A stretch of 64,000 nt of DNA from Podarcis filfolensis (lineage: Eukaryota). Position numbers and translations under genes: made by a program. Shown piece after piece: positions 38,297 through 52,034 of the stretch; within the stretch, counting starts at the first letter, position 1; each line of letters starts with the position of its first letter. Under the pieces are notes generated by a model that made no database searches, was not told the origin of the DNA, and was given only the letters and a program-made list of their open reading frames with translations. The stretch lies in the NCBI GenBank assembly GCA_964270895.1, contig OZ185438.1; one strand, written 5' to 3'.

Positions 38297-38799
38297 TACA
38301 TACACAGCTTCGATTTTTCTTTGTGTGCTTTGGTACAAATTTGTCCCCACATAAGCGCTTCCAATTGAACACTAGCTCAATGTTTCTCGCCCACAACTGT
38401 GCACTTGATGGGGTATTTTTGCACTGCTTCCTGTCCCCTCAGTTATCACTTCTTTTCCCCCAATTTCTTGAAACCCGAGGGTCATTGTGGGCATGCAGAC
38501 AGGTATTTGTTTACATGTTTGTGCAGCCTTTTCTTTTGTGTATCAGAATTGCACAAAACAGTGGGTTAAGAAGGTGTGTGTGTTGTGCAGCCAGGCATGG
38601 AGAACCTCCCACAATGGACGCAGGGGGTGTAGTGATGGACTACACCCTGCAATGTGTCACCACACACATAAAAAACAACAACACTGCCCATCCCTGAGGA
38701 CATCCAGAGTTGGGCAACAGGCAATTTTGTGTTGGATTTCCCCCTTACTACTTTATCCAGGGATCAGAATTTTTTTTAACTAAATGGGGGAAAATATGA

Positions 38800-39028
38800 T
38801 ATAAATGGGCTGCCATTGGATGAGGAGATCATGGTGATACAATATCTAAAGGGCTGTCCTATAGCAGATGGAATGGGCTTCTTTTCCAAGAAAGGGCGGG
38901 GGACTCGCCTCCATTGGAGGTTTTAAGCAGAGGTTGGCTGGGATTCTTTTGCTGTCATTCCTGCATTGCAGGGGGTTGGACTAGATGACCCTTGAGGTCC
39001 TTTCCCACTCTACAATTTTATGATTCTA
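38800..39028 (+). mobile_element. CR1 LINE 3' fragment
   Basis: GGGGGTTGGACTAGATGACCCTTGAGGTCCTTTCCCACTCTACAATTTTATGATTCTA terminus. Confidence 0.85.
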
Positions 39029-39504
39029 GGTAGATGGCACAAAAACACATGGGAGTTCTCAAATCCACTTTAAACTGCCATGTGTACACAGCCCTAGCCC
39101 TTTCCCTGACGTGCGAGCTTTACATGGCAAGACGGGTGTTGGGTTGTTGTTTTTAACATAGTAGAATATTTAAACACTCCACCCTGTCTGCTTTTGAAGC
39201 AGTACAGTCTCAGGATCGATGTGTCACATGATATTTCTGATAAGTCATTCAGCTACCATTAATTTCCTTGTTTTTACCAACAGTAAAGGTCACCAGGTAA
39301 CAGGAAAATGAAGTGACCAGATATGTTGATGACAATTTATGAAGATTTGGCTTCCCCAGGTTTAGAAATTAGCCCATACAGCTATTTTGTTTGAGATATA
39401 TACCTGACACGTCCGGTTTCCCCAGGGAACACAGCTCTTAGTGCTCCATCAGTTCTGCTCCATTTGTTCTGCTCTATCGCTAAGGAGTGGGTTTTCCCTT
39501 GGAT

Positions 39505-40200
39505 TTTTTTTTGGGGGGTGGGGTGGGGTTACAAAGCTTCATTGGTTGAAAACTGTATAACAAAAATGATCAATAGATGTTAAAGACAAAATAAAAATAA
39601 ACAGTCATTCATTCCTTAATTGGTACTTGCTTTGTACATCATTTTGTAATTAAATTTGACATGACCTACAATCTTCTCATTATGTTCCCAGAGTAGATTC
39701 CTTGAATACGCACTTAACTTTATTTTCTCCATGTTGTTTAGCTTACTTTAAATTTTTATAAAATTATCCTATTTAGACACAGAAGTTCAATCAAAACCTG
39801 CCAACGGATTGATATTTTGACAATGTTCTTTTACATCAGCTCTGTTTATGTCCCACTCTCTGATAAATTTTTCATCTGTAACGTCTTGTAACCTTGCTGA
39901 TAGTCTCGCCAGTTCAGCATACTCTCTTTAATTTATTTTGCCAGTCTGATTTGGATGGGATATCCTTTCCCTTCCAGCCTTTTGCAATTAAAATTCTGGC
40001 AGCAACTGTTAACATACATAAAGGCTTTCCTGATTTTGGGGGGGGGGGATTCCGTTACCCATAATTCCTAGCAGGAAGGCTTCAGGCTTTTTAGGGAAAG
40101 AGCATTTGAACATTTTCTTAAGCTCATTATAAATCATTTCCCAAAACTGTCCGACCTTTTTACAGTTCCACCACATGTGGATCCATGTGCCCCTTGGAAA
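39505..40200 (-). mobile_element. L1/Tx1-clade LINE 3' end
   Basis: ORF2 C-terminal motif GTWIHMWWNCKKVGQFWEMIYNELKKM (H..W.C.....FW), then a 3'UTR and short A tail. Confidence 0.8.
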
Positions 40201-43200
40201 GGAGCAGGGCAAGGGGGAAACCACTAGCCGGTGTCATTGCTGCTATGGTGCTGGTTTTAAATGTATAATTATTTATCGTTGTTTGTTAGATTTGTTAGTC
40301 ACTTTTTATCCAAGTGACTTGGAACATTGTTAAAAAACACAGGGGGGGGGAGCCATACTTGTGCCATAAACTGTATCGAGCTGCAACCAAGCCTAAGTTT
40401 AGCTACCACCTACAGTATGATGGCCTCAGGGTTCATTTCAGTCACTGAAACAAGTAACTGATCCCTGCAATGGTCAAGCAGTTTGGCAAGATCTTGTGTC
40501 ATTAAAAGCCAGGCCTTCTGCCATTTCCCAAACAAAAGAGAAGTCCTCTTTGCACACTGCAGTGCAATGCTCCAGACCTAGCTCATGGCTCAGCTCAGGC
40601 CACTAACCCCACACACCTAGATTATACTCAAAATATCAGTCACCTGTGGCCCTTGCCTGGCTCTGACACCGGGACTACGGTAGTTTGCCTCTGAAGCGTT
40701 TCCAGATCTCCCTTTGCACAGGTGTCAAGCCTGCTTATCAGCTCACTGTGCCAAGTCAGTCCTCCATATTCTTACTGGAATCTGGCTGCAATTGTATTAG
40801 AAGCAGGAAGTCAGAAACAAAAACACTGGATGCAGAAGAAGGTGTGTGCGTGTGTGCTGTATTAAATGTAAAATGTGCTAAAAACAGGCTCTTAAAATAT
40901 TCTCATTCCCAACGTTCTTCAAGCAAGAACTTGCTACATCAGGGGAAAGTACTACATTTTTAAGGAAGCGGTTTCCAGTAAATTTTCCCCAATATTTTGG
41001 ACTTAAAATAATTCATGATGGACACACCCACTCACACCCCATACTGACTTCTGGTTTTCTGTTTCTTTGATGGTGCAGTGCTTGGGGGTTGCTACAGCAT
41101 TAGGACTTCCATGCTTCGCTGTCCATCAGCTGAATCCTTCTTTGCAGCCATCACAGGATAGCTGGCTCGGCAAAGTTATTGTCAGAGTTGTGCTGCTGTC
41201 AATTCAACACACCAGGATTTGTTATTATGACCTCACATGAACAAGGCAGTAGCTATTTCCTATCCCTTGATAGTGATAGGGGGACTTTTGGCCTCCTAGA
41301 CGCTGCTGAACTGCAACTCCCAATGCCCAGCGTAGCCATTGGCCTGGGATGCTGGCAGCTGGAGAACAGCAACGCCTTGTGTGCCAAAGGTTCTCTCAAC
41401 CCTTGTTCTATCACACCCGCAGGACACCCAGATTCCTCCTCAGTTTTCTGCAGGTTCAACCACCGGCATCTCATGTTTCTCTTCTGTGCTTATAATGCTG
41501 CTGAGTTGATGAAATCATAATCCGCCCTGTAAAATGCCAATAAGCTATAATGACCTGTGGTTTCAAAAGTCCTGCTTTGATGCTGCTTAGGGATTTGTCT
41601 GTAAGGTTGCCAGCAATCAATCCTCAATCATAAAACACAAAGAGACATCACACCTGTTATGGATTGCCAATGGATTATGCCCTTTGCCAGAGTGGCATGA
41701 GGAACGACTTCTCAAAGTGATCGTTTTGCAGGCTTTTGCATATTTCCATAAATATGACAAATATAGACTGGATTTGAGCAAAAATATAAAAAGAGCCCTC
41801 CTGGCCAAGGGTTCAAATGTTGGTGAGTTGCAGCCTGGAGGCATTCAGTAGGTCACCTTCAGAAATATAATAAATGTATCCCAACTCACCCCAAGTCTCC
41901 AAAAATGCCCCTTTCCACTTTGGAAATGTGATGCAGTGGGGTGAGGGGGCATTTTTTGTTCCAGAAAAATCTACTGCAGGAGTGAAGAAGGCAGCAGCCA
42001 GACTGCATGGCAGTCCAGCATAACGGCAGTACCTGCCCAAGTTTGCTTCCTCAAGCAGAGACCAGGTAGTGCCCGCTTCACTTTGAAAAGTCTTGCTGTA
42101 CCCGCCAGACACCAATTCATGTCTTCATTTATCCCTCCACTCTGGGTGTGTCCTGAAGTAGATCACTGCCCCAGCTGCACAACAAGACCAGGACTCAGCA
42201 GGGGCTTCACATTACCCACCTCTCCTCACCCAGCATCTGTAGTAACAGCTCTTGCCTGCAAGAAGTCGAGGTCTCACTGCTGGCAAGGGCTTGGTAAGGA
42301 GGCACTCTGTCTCCAGCCCTCAGGGCCTTCCTTCTTCTGGCCTGCAGGCCACAGACAAGCTAGAAGCCTCAGGCCTCCAGTACAGTTTCGTCCAAAAGCC
42401 TCCAGGCAGGAGATGCTTTGCCATACTGTCTATGAAGCAAACCCCGCACTCAGTTTCCAAAACACTCCTCCTCATTATTCATTCCTTACTGAAAAACACA
42501 GCCTGGAACCTTTCATCCGGGATTCATCTCCCCGTGAAGCCCATTGACTTCAATGTGTGTTTTACCTGAACACACACCATGCAACCTTCTGCCTTTGCCT
42601 TGCTCCTTTGCTAGCATCGCTGATTCAACAGCTGCAAGTGGCACTTGCTGTCCTGTGCCTTTGAAAGCCTTTTCCCGAAACCATTTCTATAAATACAAGT
42701 GCTCCCAACTGTTTGAAGTATAAAGAAGTGACTTGCTTTGTTTCAATACCGATTTGCTGCGGTGCTCTACATTTCTAGGGCTCAGCTGTGCTAGACCAGA
42801 TCCCACACAAGCTGTCTCAGTCTCTCTCTGCTCTGTGATAATATTTACTAGGGAGGAAATCCCAGATTTCCGATACATGTCACACATACTTCTTACCAAG
42901 AATAAATACACGCGGGGAAATTAAGTGGGAGGTGATAAAAGGAAGCAAGGGGGAGGCAGGGGGCAGGGAGAGAGAGGAAGCAGCAACATCTATTTAAAGG
43001 AGAAATATAGTTAAACATCAGCCAAATGACATCATTTTCATACCATCCACACTGGAAGCTTAAAGACCCAAATACTCCACAAGCCATTAGTTTCTCAGTG
43101 CCCTGCAAGGGATTAAAGTATGTCTTAATCAACTGCTAAAGCAGAGAGGAAGGCCAAATCCTAGATATTAGCAAAGCTTGGTAACAGTGGAATTTGCAGG

Positions 43201-44009
43201 GGCTTTGATTTCACTGCAATCTAGTCAATGCGAAAGCTCATTGTTAACAGCCATGGCAAGGTAATGCCCAATTGTACTGTTTTGTGCTCACACATCTGGG
43301 AAAACACAGACACACAATGCTGTATGTGTTTGTTAGTGGACGCCACACATGACCGTCTTCTGCAATGCATTTATTTTGTCTGAGTTTCCGAGTGCATGCA
43401 GACATCTGGAATGATCAGCATAGAAAACATGAATTAGGGAAAATACTGGGAAAGACAATCATGCAGCTTTTCTGAAGGCCTTTCCTCAAGTCTTGTCTAT
43501 ATTCAATGATATGATTTCTTCGCCCAGGCTAAGCTCCCACTTCTACACACCATCCTTCCACTTGTGAACCTTTAAGAGTAAACAGCACCTGGTGAAATTC
43601 TACCTTTCTACTGCTTAGATAGACGGGACTTGCCCTTAAGTCTTCCTGCAAAAAACCTCTTGCTGGTTGCTACTGCCCAAAGGAACACACCACCAGTCTT
43701 CCCCTTTCCCTCTGAAACCGCAACACAGAAGCAATGCCACTCTGCCTAGGCTACTGCTTTTACAAAACTTGTCTTTGACTTTAAACACAAACAAACCACC
43801 TTATCTAGGGTTTCCAAAAGGAAAGGGAAACATTTCTTCATTAAACTTTAATTTAATAACTGACAATATAGAATTTGCACCCCTGTCCACAAGCTTTTTA
43901 GGCTGCCATTGAATAGAAGAGTAGTATTCTGCCTGCACAAACCCTATTCACGTTGGTTTATTGGATGAACAACCTCTCTGTTGCAGAAATTCTGGCACAT
44001 CTTCTAGCA

Positions 44010-44242
44010 CAGAGGTAGGCGACCTAAGGCCCAGGGGCCAGATGCGGCCCAATTGCCTTCCCAATCCGGCCCGTGGATGCTCCGGGAATCAGCATGTTTT
44101 TAACATATTTAAAATGCATCTCTGGGTTATTTGTGGGGCATAGGAATCCGTTCATATTTTTTTTTCAAAATATAGTCCGGCCCACCACATGGTCTGAGGG
44201 ACGGTGGACCGCCCCACAGCTGAAAAAGGTTGCTGACCCCTG
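44010..44242. mobile_element. hAT-Charlie-type MITE
   Basis: TIRs CAGAGGTAGGCGACC / GGTTGCTGACCCCTG, perfect 8-bp TSD TTCTAGCA with central TA, and GGCCC subterminal motifs. Confidence 0.9.
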
Positions 44243-45204
44243 TTCTAGCACATTCTCAATTCACACAGAGCACTGGCCATTCCTATTGGGTCCCACTATT
44301 GTCCCAAATAAGCAGCAATGCCAGCCTCAGTTCACCTACCCTGTATTCTGTGTGTGCTGTTAAGCATGAAGGGAAATAGGCGATGGCAAATAATAGGCTT
44401 TTGGAGAACATTATCCATTATTGATCTTTTCACTGAGCAACCCAGATAAGCTTCTAAGGAGCTGCAGGATTCTGCAGAACACAGCTCAAACATCACTTGT
44501 TGCAGCCCCCAAACATGGTACCCATTAAAAGTCCAACGTTCTAAAGCTGGAGGTTTCTGCTTGGGCAAAACATCTGAGGATTTGTAAGGGTAGAGAAAAG
44601 AGTTCCTCTACCATCTATATTTAACCACGTTATAAGTTCCTTTCAGACATTTCATGAACACTTCTTCCTGCAAAAGCAGAGGTCCTGGTCCTGGTCACGT
44701 GGAGAAGACCTCCCCACATAAAATTTGGTGCACACCATCTCTTTTCAGATCTTATTATGAACATGATGGAGGCTGCAGATACAATCTCCCCCATCCTACC
44801 CCAAAACACATTTATATTAGCATCTGAAAGGGGACTCCGATATTATTATTTGTCAGTTTTCAAATTAATCTTTGTTACCAGGAGAAAAGGTAGGGGGGTG
44901 TTAAAAATGAAACTAAAAATGCACCATATATCACTCTCCTCATTCTGGATTTCTGGTGACTGACATTCTGCTTCGTTTGTAGCATACAAATAACAAAAAA
45001 AAAATTGTGGGAGCGTTCTTTCAAACTGAAATGTTTGACAGACTTAACAGCTTTTTGAAATAAAACCTGATGAAATCTCAAATAGAAAAAAAAGTCTGTC
45101 TCCACAGTACATGAGAGATTACATTTCAACAGGCCAGGTTTACTATCCTTAGACAGATGCAGATGTGGGTTTATTTATTTATTTCCCTGGCACTTGGTTT
45201 CACT

Positions 45205-45207
<3 letters not shown>

Positions 45208-45246
<39 letters not shown>
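45208..45246. repeat. (CA)n microsatellite
   Basis: Direct reading. Confidence 0.97.
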
Positions 45247-45249
<3 letters not shown>

Positions 45250-46048
45250 TCTACTGCTGTAGCTTTTTACTGACGTCTAGTCTACCTCCTGCTACGGTGA
45301 ATTTTGATAGCTTGAGTATGAGAGACATTTGCAGGTTACTGTTGTCACATTCTGAAAGCAATTTCAAATCTTGCCCATGCACCAGGTTGGTTCCAGACAT
45401 AGACATCCTTAGAGGAGACCCATAGAAAACCAATGCCATTTAAGTTAATCATGACTAATTTATCCCACTGATTTTAATAGGTGTATTCGAAACATAACTC
45501 CATCTGGATCCAACCCACTGAAATTTGTTCCTGCCACCAGTAGCATTTGAAATTGAAACAAATTAAGAACAGGTTCTGGAAACCTACGCTTCTGTAGAAA
45601 CCAAAGGTCAGCACATATGTGGTTTTTATGTGATATATGGACATTCCACACAGCAGGAAAACGTGGTAGTGGACATGCTCTCCAGCATCAAGGTGCCCAA
45701 GAAGGCAGCCTGGGAAGGCTGCACTCCCGTCAGCCACAGAGGGCGCAGCTGGCGGGCGCTCAGGGAAAGGGGAGGCTGCCGGCAAAGCCATGCAGCTCCC
45801 CCACTCACTAGGGCACCCCTGAGAGCCAGCGCCCTGGCGCAACAAACCACTAAGACCAATGGGAAAGACGGCTCTGTCTGTATGCATGAAAACCAGATTT
45901 GTACTCCTTCTGCCTCTGTCTGAGGGGAGAGACTAGCACAAGCTTTGTTTATGAGCCTCCTCATGGAGCATCACATGTTAACATTACCTGGGCAGTGTTC
46001 GGGAGAGGTATAAACCTGCTGCTACACTGTACAGATGTTATATACCCT

Positions 46049-46185
46049 CATAGAATCAAGTTGGAAGGGATCCCAAGGGTCATCTAGTCCAACCCCCTAC
46101 AATGTAGGAATCTTTTGCCCAACATGGGAATCAAACTCACGCCCTTGAAATTAAGAGCCTCGTGCTCTACCAGCTGAGCTATTCC
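46049..46185 (-). mobile_element. tRNA(Lys)-derived SINE with CR1-type tail
   Basis: Minus strand has an A-box (TAGCTCAGCTGG), a decayed B-box, then the CR1 3' tail ending ATTCTATG. Confidence 0.8.
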
Positions 46186-46399
46186 AACTCAACAAGGCCA
46201 ATGCTTTTTCAGTAGAACCAATTTACGAGTCTAGGTATCTGCCATCAAGTGCTGGAGCAAAAGCGAAGAGAAATTAACTGACATGTTTTCATGTGGCATT
46301 TCGGATTTTGTAGCCAAGAGCAAAATGCACAGCTCTTGCGTTAGTTAATAATGGCAGGCGGACTCATCTGTTCCAGAAGAGGGACCATCTCCCACTGAG

Positions 46400-46520
46400 C
46401 TGTTTGTGGTGGACTCTCCTTCTCTGGAGGTTTTTAAGAAGAGGTTGGAGGGCTACATGGGGGTTGGACTAGATGGCCCTTGGGCTCCCTTCCAACTCTA
46501 CAATTCTATGATTCCATGAT
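46400..46520 (+). mobile_element. CR1 LINE 3' fragment
   Basis: GGTGGACTCTCCTTCTCTGGAGGTTTTTAAG...GGACTAGATGGCCCTTGGGCTCCCTTCCAACTCTACAATTCTATGATT. Confidence 0.85.
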
Positions 46521-46667
46521 GTTTCAATTCCCTCCATTTGGAAGGATCAGGTATTAGATTATATGCTGGAGCTCTTGAGCGAGCCTTTGTTAGTGCACTA
46601 CTGGGCTAGATGGAGAGTCTGACAGCTTCCTATGCTCCTATGTAAAGTGTAGGGTTTTCATTTCAAG

Positions 46668-46770
46668 CATAGATGAGAAGAGCCTGCTGGACCAGCCTCT
46701 GTTCCAGCATCCTGTTCATCACAGTGGTCAGCAAGATGCCTATGGGAAGCCTGCAAGACAGACCTGAGTG
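46668..46770 (-). mobile_element. SINE 3' fragment, same tail family as 1483-1548
   Basis: AGAAGAGCCTGCTGGACCAG...TCCAGCATCCTGTT...ACAGTGG. Confidence 0.5.
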
Positions 46771-47279
46771 TAACGTGATTGCCAGCCACTGGTAGGAGGC
46801 GGCACATTGCCTGACGCTGGAGGAAGATCTTTCCCCCCTCCTGTGCATTTTGGAAGAAAATATTAGAGTTGCTACTTGCCTGAAGCAAAATGTCAAGGCA
46901 AATCTGTACAGATTCCTGCTTGGGCAAAAAGGGAGCTAAGAGAGTTTCAGAAGACTAGCAGAATTGTCAGGATAGGGCACCACTCACATATCCCTTATTT
47001 TATATCCCCACTTTTGTCCAAAGCAAAATGTAGAGAGAGTTTGAGCCTTTGATGACATGGAAGGAAGCTAAAAAGAAAGATGTTGGTAAGTCTAATGACA
47101 TTTCACAAGGGAAGTTGGGTTAGGGAAGTGGCACATTCCTGCCTCTGATTTCTAAGGTGAATTCGTATTTAGGAATTACACCGCAAATACAAATGTCTGA
47201 TGAGGTGTCCGTGAGACTCACACAATGCTAAGGCATTTGTTCGAATACCTATACTTCTAAGTAGTTATGCATTTCCCCA

Positions 47280-47418
47280 NNNNNNNNNNNNNNNNNNNNN
47301 NNNNNNNNNNNNNNNNNNNNNNNNNNNNNNNNNNNNNNNNNNNNNNNNNNNNNNNNNNNNNNNNNNNNNNNNNNNNNNNNNNNNNNNNNNNNNNNNNNNN
47401 NNNNNNNNNNNNNNNNNN
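47280..47418. other. N-run (139 nt, gap or masked)
   Basis: Direct reading. Confidence 0.99.
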
Positions 47419-50400
47419 CTGAGAAGGACTGATCAGCCATAGGTCTTTCCACAGTTCTCACAGAACCTTCAAAAACACTGCTTTTAGAAGAAATTATTGC
47501 AGCTGCAATGCAAGGACCAACTTCTATATTCACTGTTCAGATCAGAGAGGCAGCTTCCCGTGATGGTTTTTTGCTTTGCCCTTGGCTGCAGTTGTGCATA
47601 CAAGAAAATGCACTCAGCTGTAGATGTATGGTTTTGCCCATCTTCTGGTTCCTCTGCTACCAAGGCAGATATCTGACATACGCATTAATAGCAGGTGGGT
47701 GGGGTGGGATTGTCACATCGCTCATTGCCTTAAAATAAGTACTGGCGTGCCCTGGCAAAATTATTTCAGTGACTTTATGGAAGATCTTGGGGGTCTCTCA
47801 GAAAATGGATCTCCTGGGGGCTGAAACTCTGTGTCATTTCTGGGAAAGGGAGCCCCACCCCTCAACTGCTTGTGATCATATCACACTGTGTGTCACTTTT
47901 GTCTGGAATTTTGATTATCACCTTCTATTAATAAAACTCACTGTAATCGAGCAAGATGATTTTTCAAAAGGTATTTGTTAATCAAGGAGGGAATCTGAGG
48001 GGGAAAATAGGAACTGGGTAGAGGAAGCAATTAACTGGGGAAGTGGAGGCGGGATGACAATTGACGTTGGGGATTGAGAAAATACAATATATGGTGGGAG
48101 AAACTGAGGAAGGAGCAGTTCATTCAGGGGAAATTTGGAGGAAAAGCATTTGTGGGAATTGGGGAGGGGAGGTAAATTCTGAGAGGGGAAAAATAGAGTA
48201 ATGAGAATGTGTGTGTGAAGGGGAATCAGGAGAAAGCAATAGCATGGAAACAGAGCATGACGCTCTGGGATGGGGGGGGCAGAAAAGCAGCAGAAAGGAG
48301 CTTAAGCTGCATTGATTTCAGGAAGGGAGATGGGCTTAACTTACCTATTGAAATTAATGGGACTTACGAATGCTGCACTTTGGCTGGACTGCGAGCTGCG
48401 TAAGTAAATACTTCCAGTGAGGAAAAGCCTCCCTCCTTGCTGTACATGCAGAAAATCTAAAACAGGCCACCTTAACAATGCACTGCTGTACTACAGGGAG
48501 AAGGCAGAATGTAGGACGGAATACTTGCACAGGAGGAACTTGAGCTGGTCAGCTCTTTTCTCAGCTGAGGTCCTGACCCCAAAACCTCTATTATTGTTGT
48601 CTGCATTGCAGCCTAACAAAGATTTATTTAATCACTCTGCCAATACTGCGTGCACATTCCAAATAAAACATTATTCCAAATCAGCACTACTTTAGTTAAC
48701 TTTCGAATCTCAGGCCACGCTACAGTGGAATTTCAGACAAACACAAAATATGTGATAAACAGGCAGTGTTTGTAGATCTGATTCAACCGTACTAAGTTCC
48801 TTTGCTTTTCTTGTTGCAGAAACACAGAAAGGGGGACTATTATAATTAGAAGTCACTGCTTGAAAACACAGCTACTTGTATTTACTACTGAATCTTTTTT
48901 CTTTTTATTGTTAGATTCTAAGGAAACCTTCTGTTACTAGGTGGTAGAATAGAAATATTGGCTGCCGCTTTCAACTATGGTGCGCAACTGAGTAAAAGGT
49001 GTGCCTAGGTTCCTTTGAAAGTACAGTGATGCAATTAAATTGCACAGTGTAATACTTAAGTTACAATAAATTCAGTGGTAAGCTGCAGAGCAACCAGCTT
49101 TTAGACATCAAAATAACTTTAGTTGCAATAGTTATATTTCACAAGATGGTGTTGCTATACAGTACACATTACTGCATGTTCTGATTAAAAGAATACAATG
49201 GACCCTGTTTCTTTGGTATATGCATTAGGCCTGAACCAGGTATAGTAAGGTACCATAAGTACATGCACAGCGCAAGACAGCGCAGTGCTTCAAGATATGC
49301 ATTCCAATTCACATTTCAAATATAGATGGAATCCCTTGCCTACTAATCAGGTGACTCACATCTGAATACAGTCACACATCCGGACACACACACAATCTCA
49401 CATAAATTTTAAAAAGTAATTCACGCATGCCCCACTTTGTGAAATCAAGATTGTTTGAAGGAGAAATACTTATAATTCTCACATTATTTTTCTTTTTAGA
49501 AAAGCACTGCCAATACAGAGACTGTCCTCATGTTTGAATGAATGTGAACAGTGCGCAATGTGACCCAGAAGTCGTTTGCTGTGTCCACTGTGCTGATCTT
49601 TGTCAATGCCAAGTGAAAACCCAAGATTGCAGAAACTGACATTTCTAAGCGACCAGCTCAAGTTACAGTGTTCACAGACACTATGGAATATGCATAATAC
49701 TTGCAAAAAATGGCCCAGTGTAACATGAGAATCAATTTTGGTGCATCTTGATACATTTCAATACAGGAGGAAATTCATCATGCCAACTGCAGCCCATGAA
49801 GCATATAAGGTAGACCTCCAATGGTTCAAAAATGCTATTGATTTTGCTGCAAAAACAGGAAGCTTGTCATGCACCTGGTTACAAACAATACAAGCCTGCT
49901 AGGCCACATCATTTGATCTGATGAATCAAGAATAACCTTAGAGTACCTAACGGTCAAGGGTACCTTTACCTTTACCTAGGAAAATGCATGAGCTCTCCAA
50001 TCCAACCCAATATAGTTGTTCTATCAAAGCAACGGGGCATCAGGCAATACAAAGTCATTCCATTGGTTTAGATGCTGCCCAAACTGCTGCCTGTTTAACT
50101 GGTGTTAGTTCGCTGGACTTACTCCAAAGTAAGGGAGCATAGGATTGCCTTAGGCTGAAATAATAAACACATTTCCAAGAAAGCAAGACTTACTTCCAAG
50201 TAAGCATGCATAAGATTGTGCTGTTAGTTGGTACTAACTTTAGCTGCTTTGGGCTCAAGTCCTGTAATGCATAAAGGAGTGTAATAAATACACCTCAAGT
50301 ACTATTTCCATCTTGAGGGTAGGAATTGGGCAATTGTGCTTAGTTGCTGCCTGATCAATTTGCTTGCAACAGCAGGAAAAAACTTCATGCATCACAAAAA

Positions 50401-51845
50401 TGCATGTTTTCTATATATGGAGATTCATCTTACAGGCATTATTTCTAAGTAGGAAATGTTAGCATATAAAGTACTCCTCAGTGTTATCCTGTCCCACTGA
50501 GAATTGACTGAATCAACAACTGCGCTGGAGCAAAGGAGCAGAGGGATCTTTGAGTCTGAAGGACGAGGATACTTCTGACTACAGTGTGGAAAGATCTTTG
50601 GGGGATAATAGATGCTACATCTTATATGAATTACTATGGTGTCTCTATGTACTCTGTTGGGGTTTGCAGTTTATGCAGGCTGAAAAGTAACTGATACATA
50701 AAGAAAGATGCAGAGCAAGAAACAACATGATCAATGGATTACACAGGAATTATTGCCGTTTACTCCCAGATGAAAAATACCTAAGTGCATCTCTGCCTAT
50801 TATTAATAATTATACATAAGCAAAACATGAAAACCTATCAAGACGCTGATCCCAAGGTGTTTACGATCTAAAATTGGCTGTGGGAAAGATAGGGCAACAA
50901 AGGGAGAGGAGGTAATAGCTGTCTGTCTATAGCAAATATAAACATCAACTATGAACATCACTTTTCACAGAAATATTAAATCCCAGAATTCTGTTTTGCT
51001 GTTGAGGAAAATAGTTCGTCCCAGAAAATGTTGAACATGTTGGATCTCATTCTGCCCCAAACCAAATTTCCGCTTAATTTTAGGCCAAGTAGAACTGTGT
51101 ATTTAAAAAGTTGTCAAATGTAAATGGGTCACTGTTTTCATATCTTAAACATCTGTTGTTTATACCCAAGAAAGCATACTGGGGGCAAGGAAATTAATTC
51201 CTCAATTGCTGTCAACTGAGTTAGGGAACAGCAATAAACAGCTTACTGTAAAGCCTCCAGCTACAATAAAACTGCTGTCAATAAAGTGTGGCTGATATGG
51301 TTTTGCTGTGCCAGAAAAATATATCCTTTGAAAATGAAAATCTGAAATGGTAACTAGAAGATCCTTCCTTGTCCCTATACACAAAGGAACTCTATTACAA
51401 AACTCTGATAGCGCTGAACTCTTAGCATCTTACTCCCTCCCCCTGACACACACACATGTGATGCGATTTAAGAAAGTTATACATTGCACTTCAATGGAAA
51501 AACAAACCTTAATGATTCATACACACAACAGAAAAACCACCACATGCATAAAAAAATCCCCAGTGAATTAAAAAAAAGGGAACTAGGAAGCTTCTTGCAG
51601 TTTAAACTGAATGCCTTGCTTAGCATTTCTACTGCTGCTATTGAAAGTAGTATTATCGCTTAAGGTTATATTCCAATTTCCATTACAACCCCCTGTTTTC
51701 ACATGCTTTTCACTTCGTTTAAAAAAAAAGAAAAAAAGAAAATCTTTTCAGCCGACATTTTCCATGCTTGGTCTCAGCTCAGAGATGAATTTCTTTAGAC
51801 AGCTGAACAAAACCTGCTACCTTTTTTTAAAAAAGAAGAAGTTAT

Positions 51846-52034
51846 ATAAGAATGGGGCAATGTACGGCATTTTCAGTCTTGCCACAATTTTAAAATCTTT
51901 ACTTCTTACTTGCACATATATATATATCTGTGTTTGTGTGCACACGCACACATAGATATATATATATGGAAGTAATGAGTAAGGTTTTAAAATTGTGGCA
52001 AGACTGAAAATGCAGTGCATTGCCCCAGTCTTAT
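51846..52034. repeat. 189-bp near-perfect inverted repeat (hairpin)
   Basis: Arms of ~85-90 bp (ATAAGAATGGGGCAATG...CATTTTCAGTCTTGCCACAATTTTAAAA.. and its reverse complement) around a short (TG/CA) loop. Confidence 0.85.

Noticed and set aside
38071-38697. 208-aa plus-strand ORF
   Set aside because: Begins in a MITE and continues in unrelated sequence; no domain features.
45630-45700. Peptide ENVVVDMLSS resembling the Gypsy RNase H motif N.VADALSR
   Set aside because: A single short, imperfect motif with no flanking pol similarity or LTRs.
47189-47240. ACAAATGT-CTGATGAG-GTGT...ACAC-AATGCTAAG-GCATTTGT, hammerhead-like with closing stems
   Set aside because: The essential GAAA core is missing; at most a dead remnant or chance.
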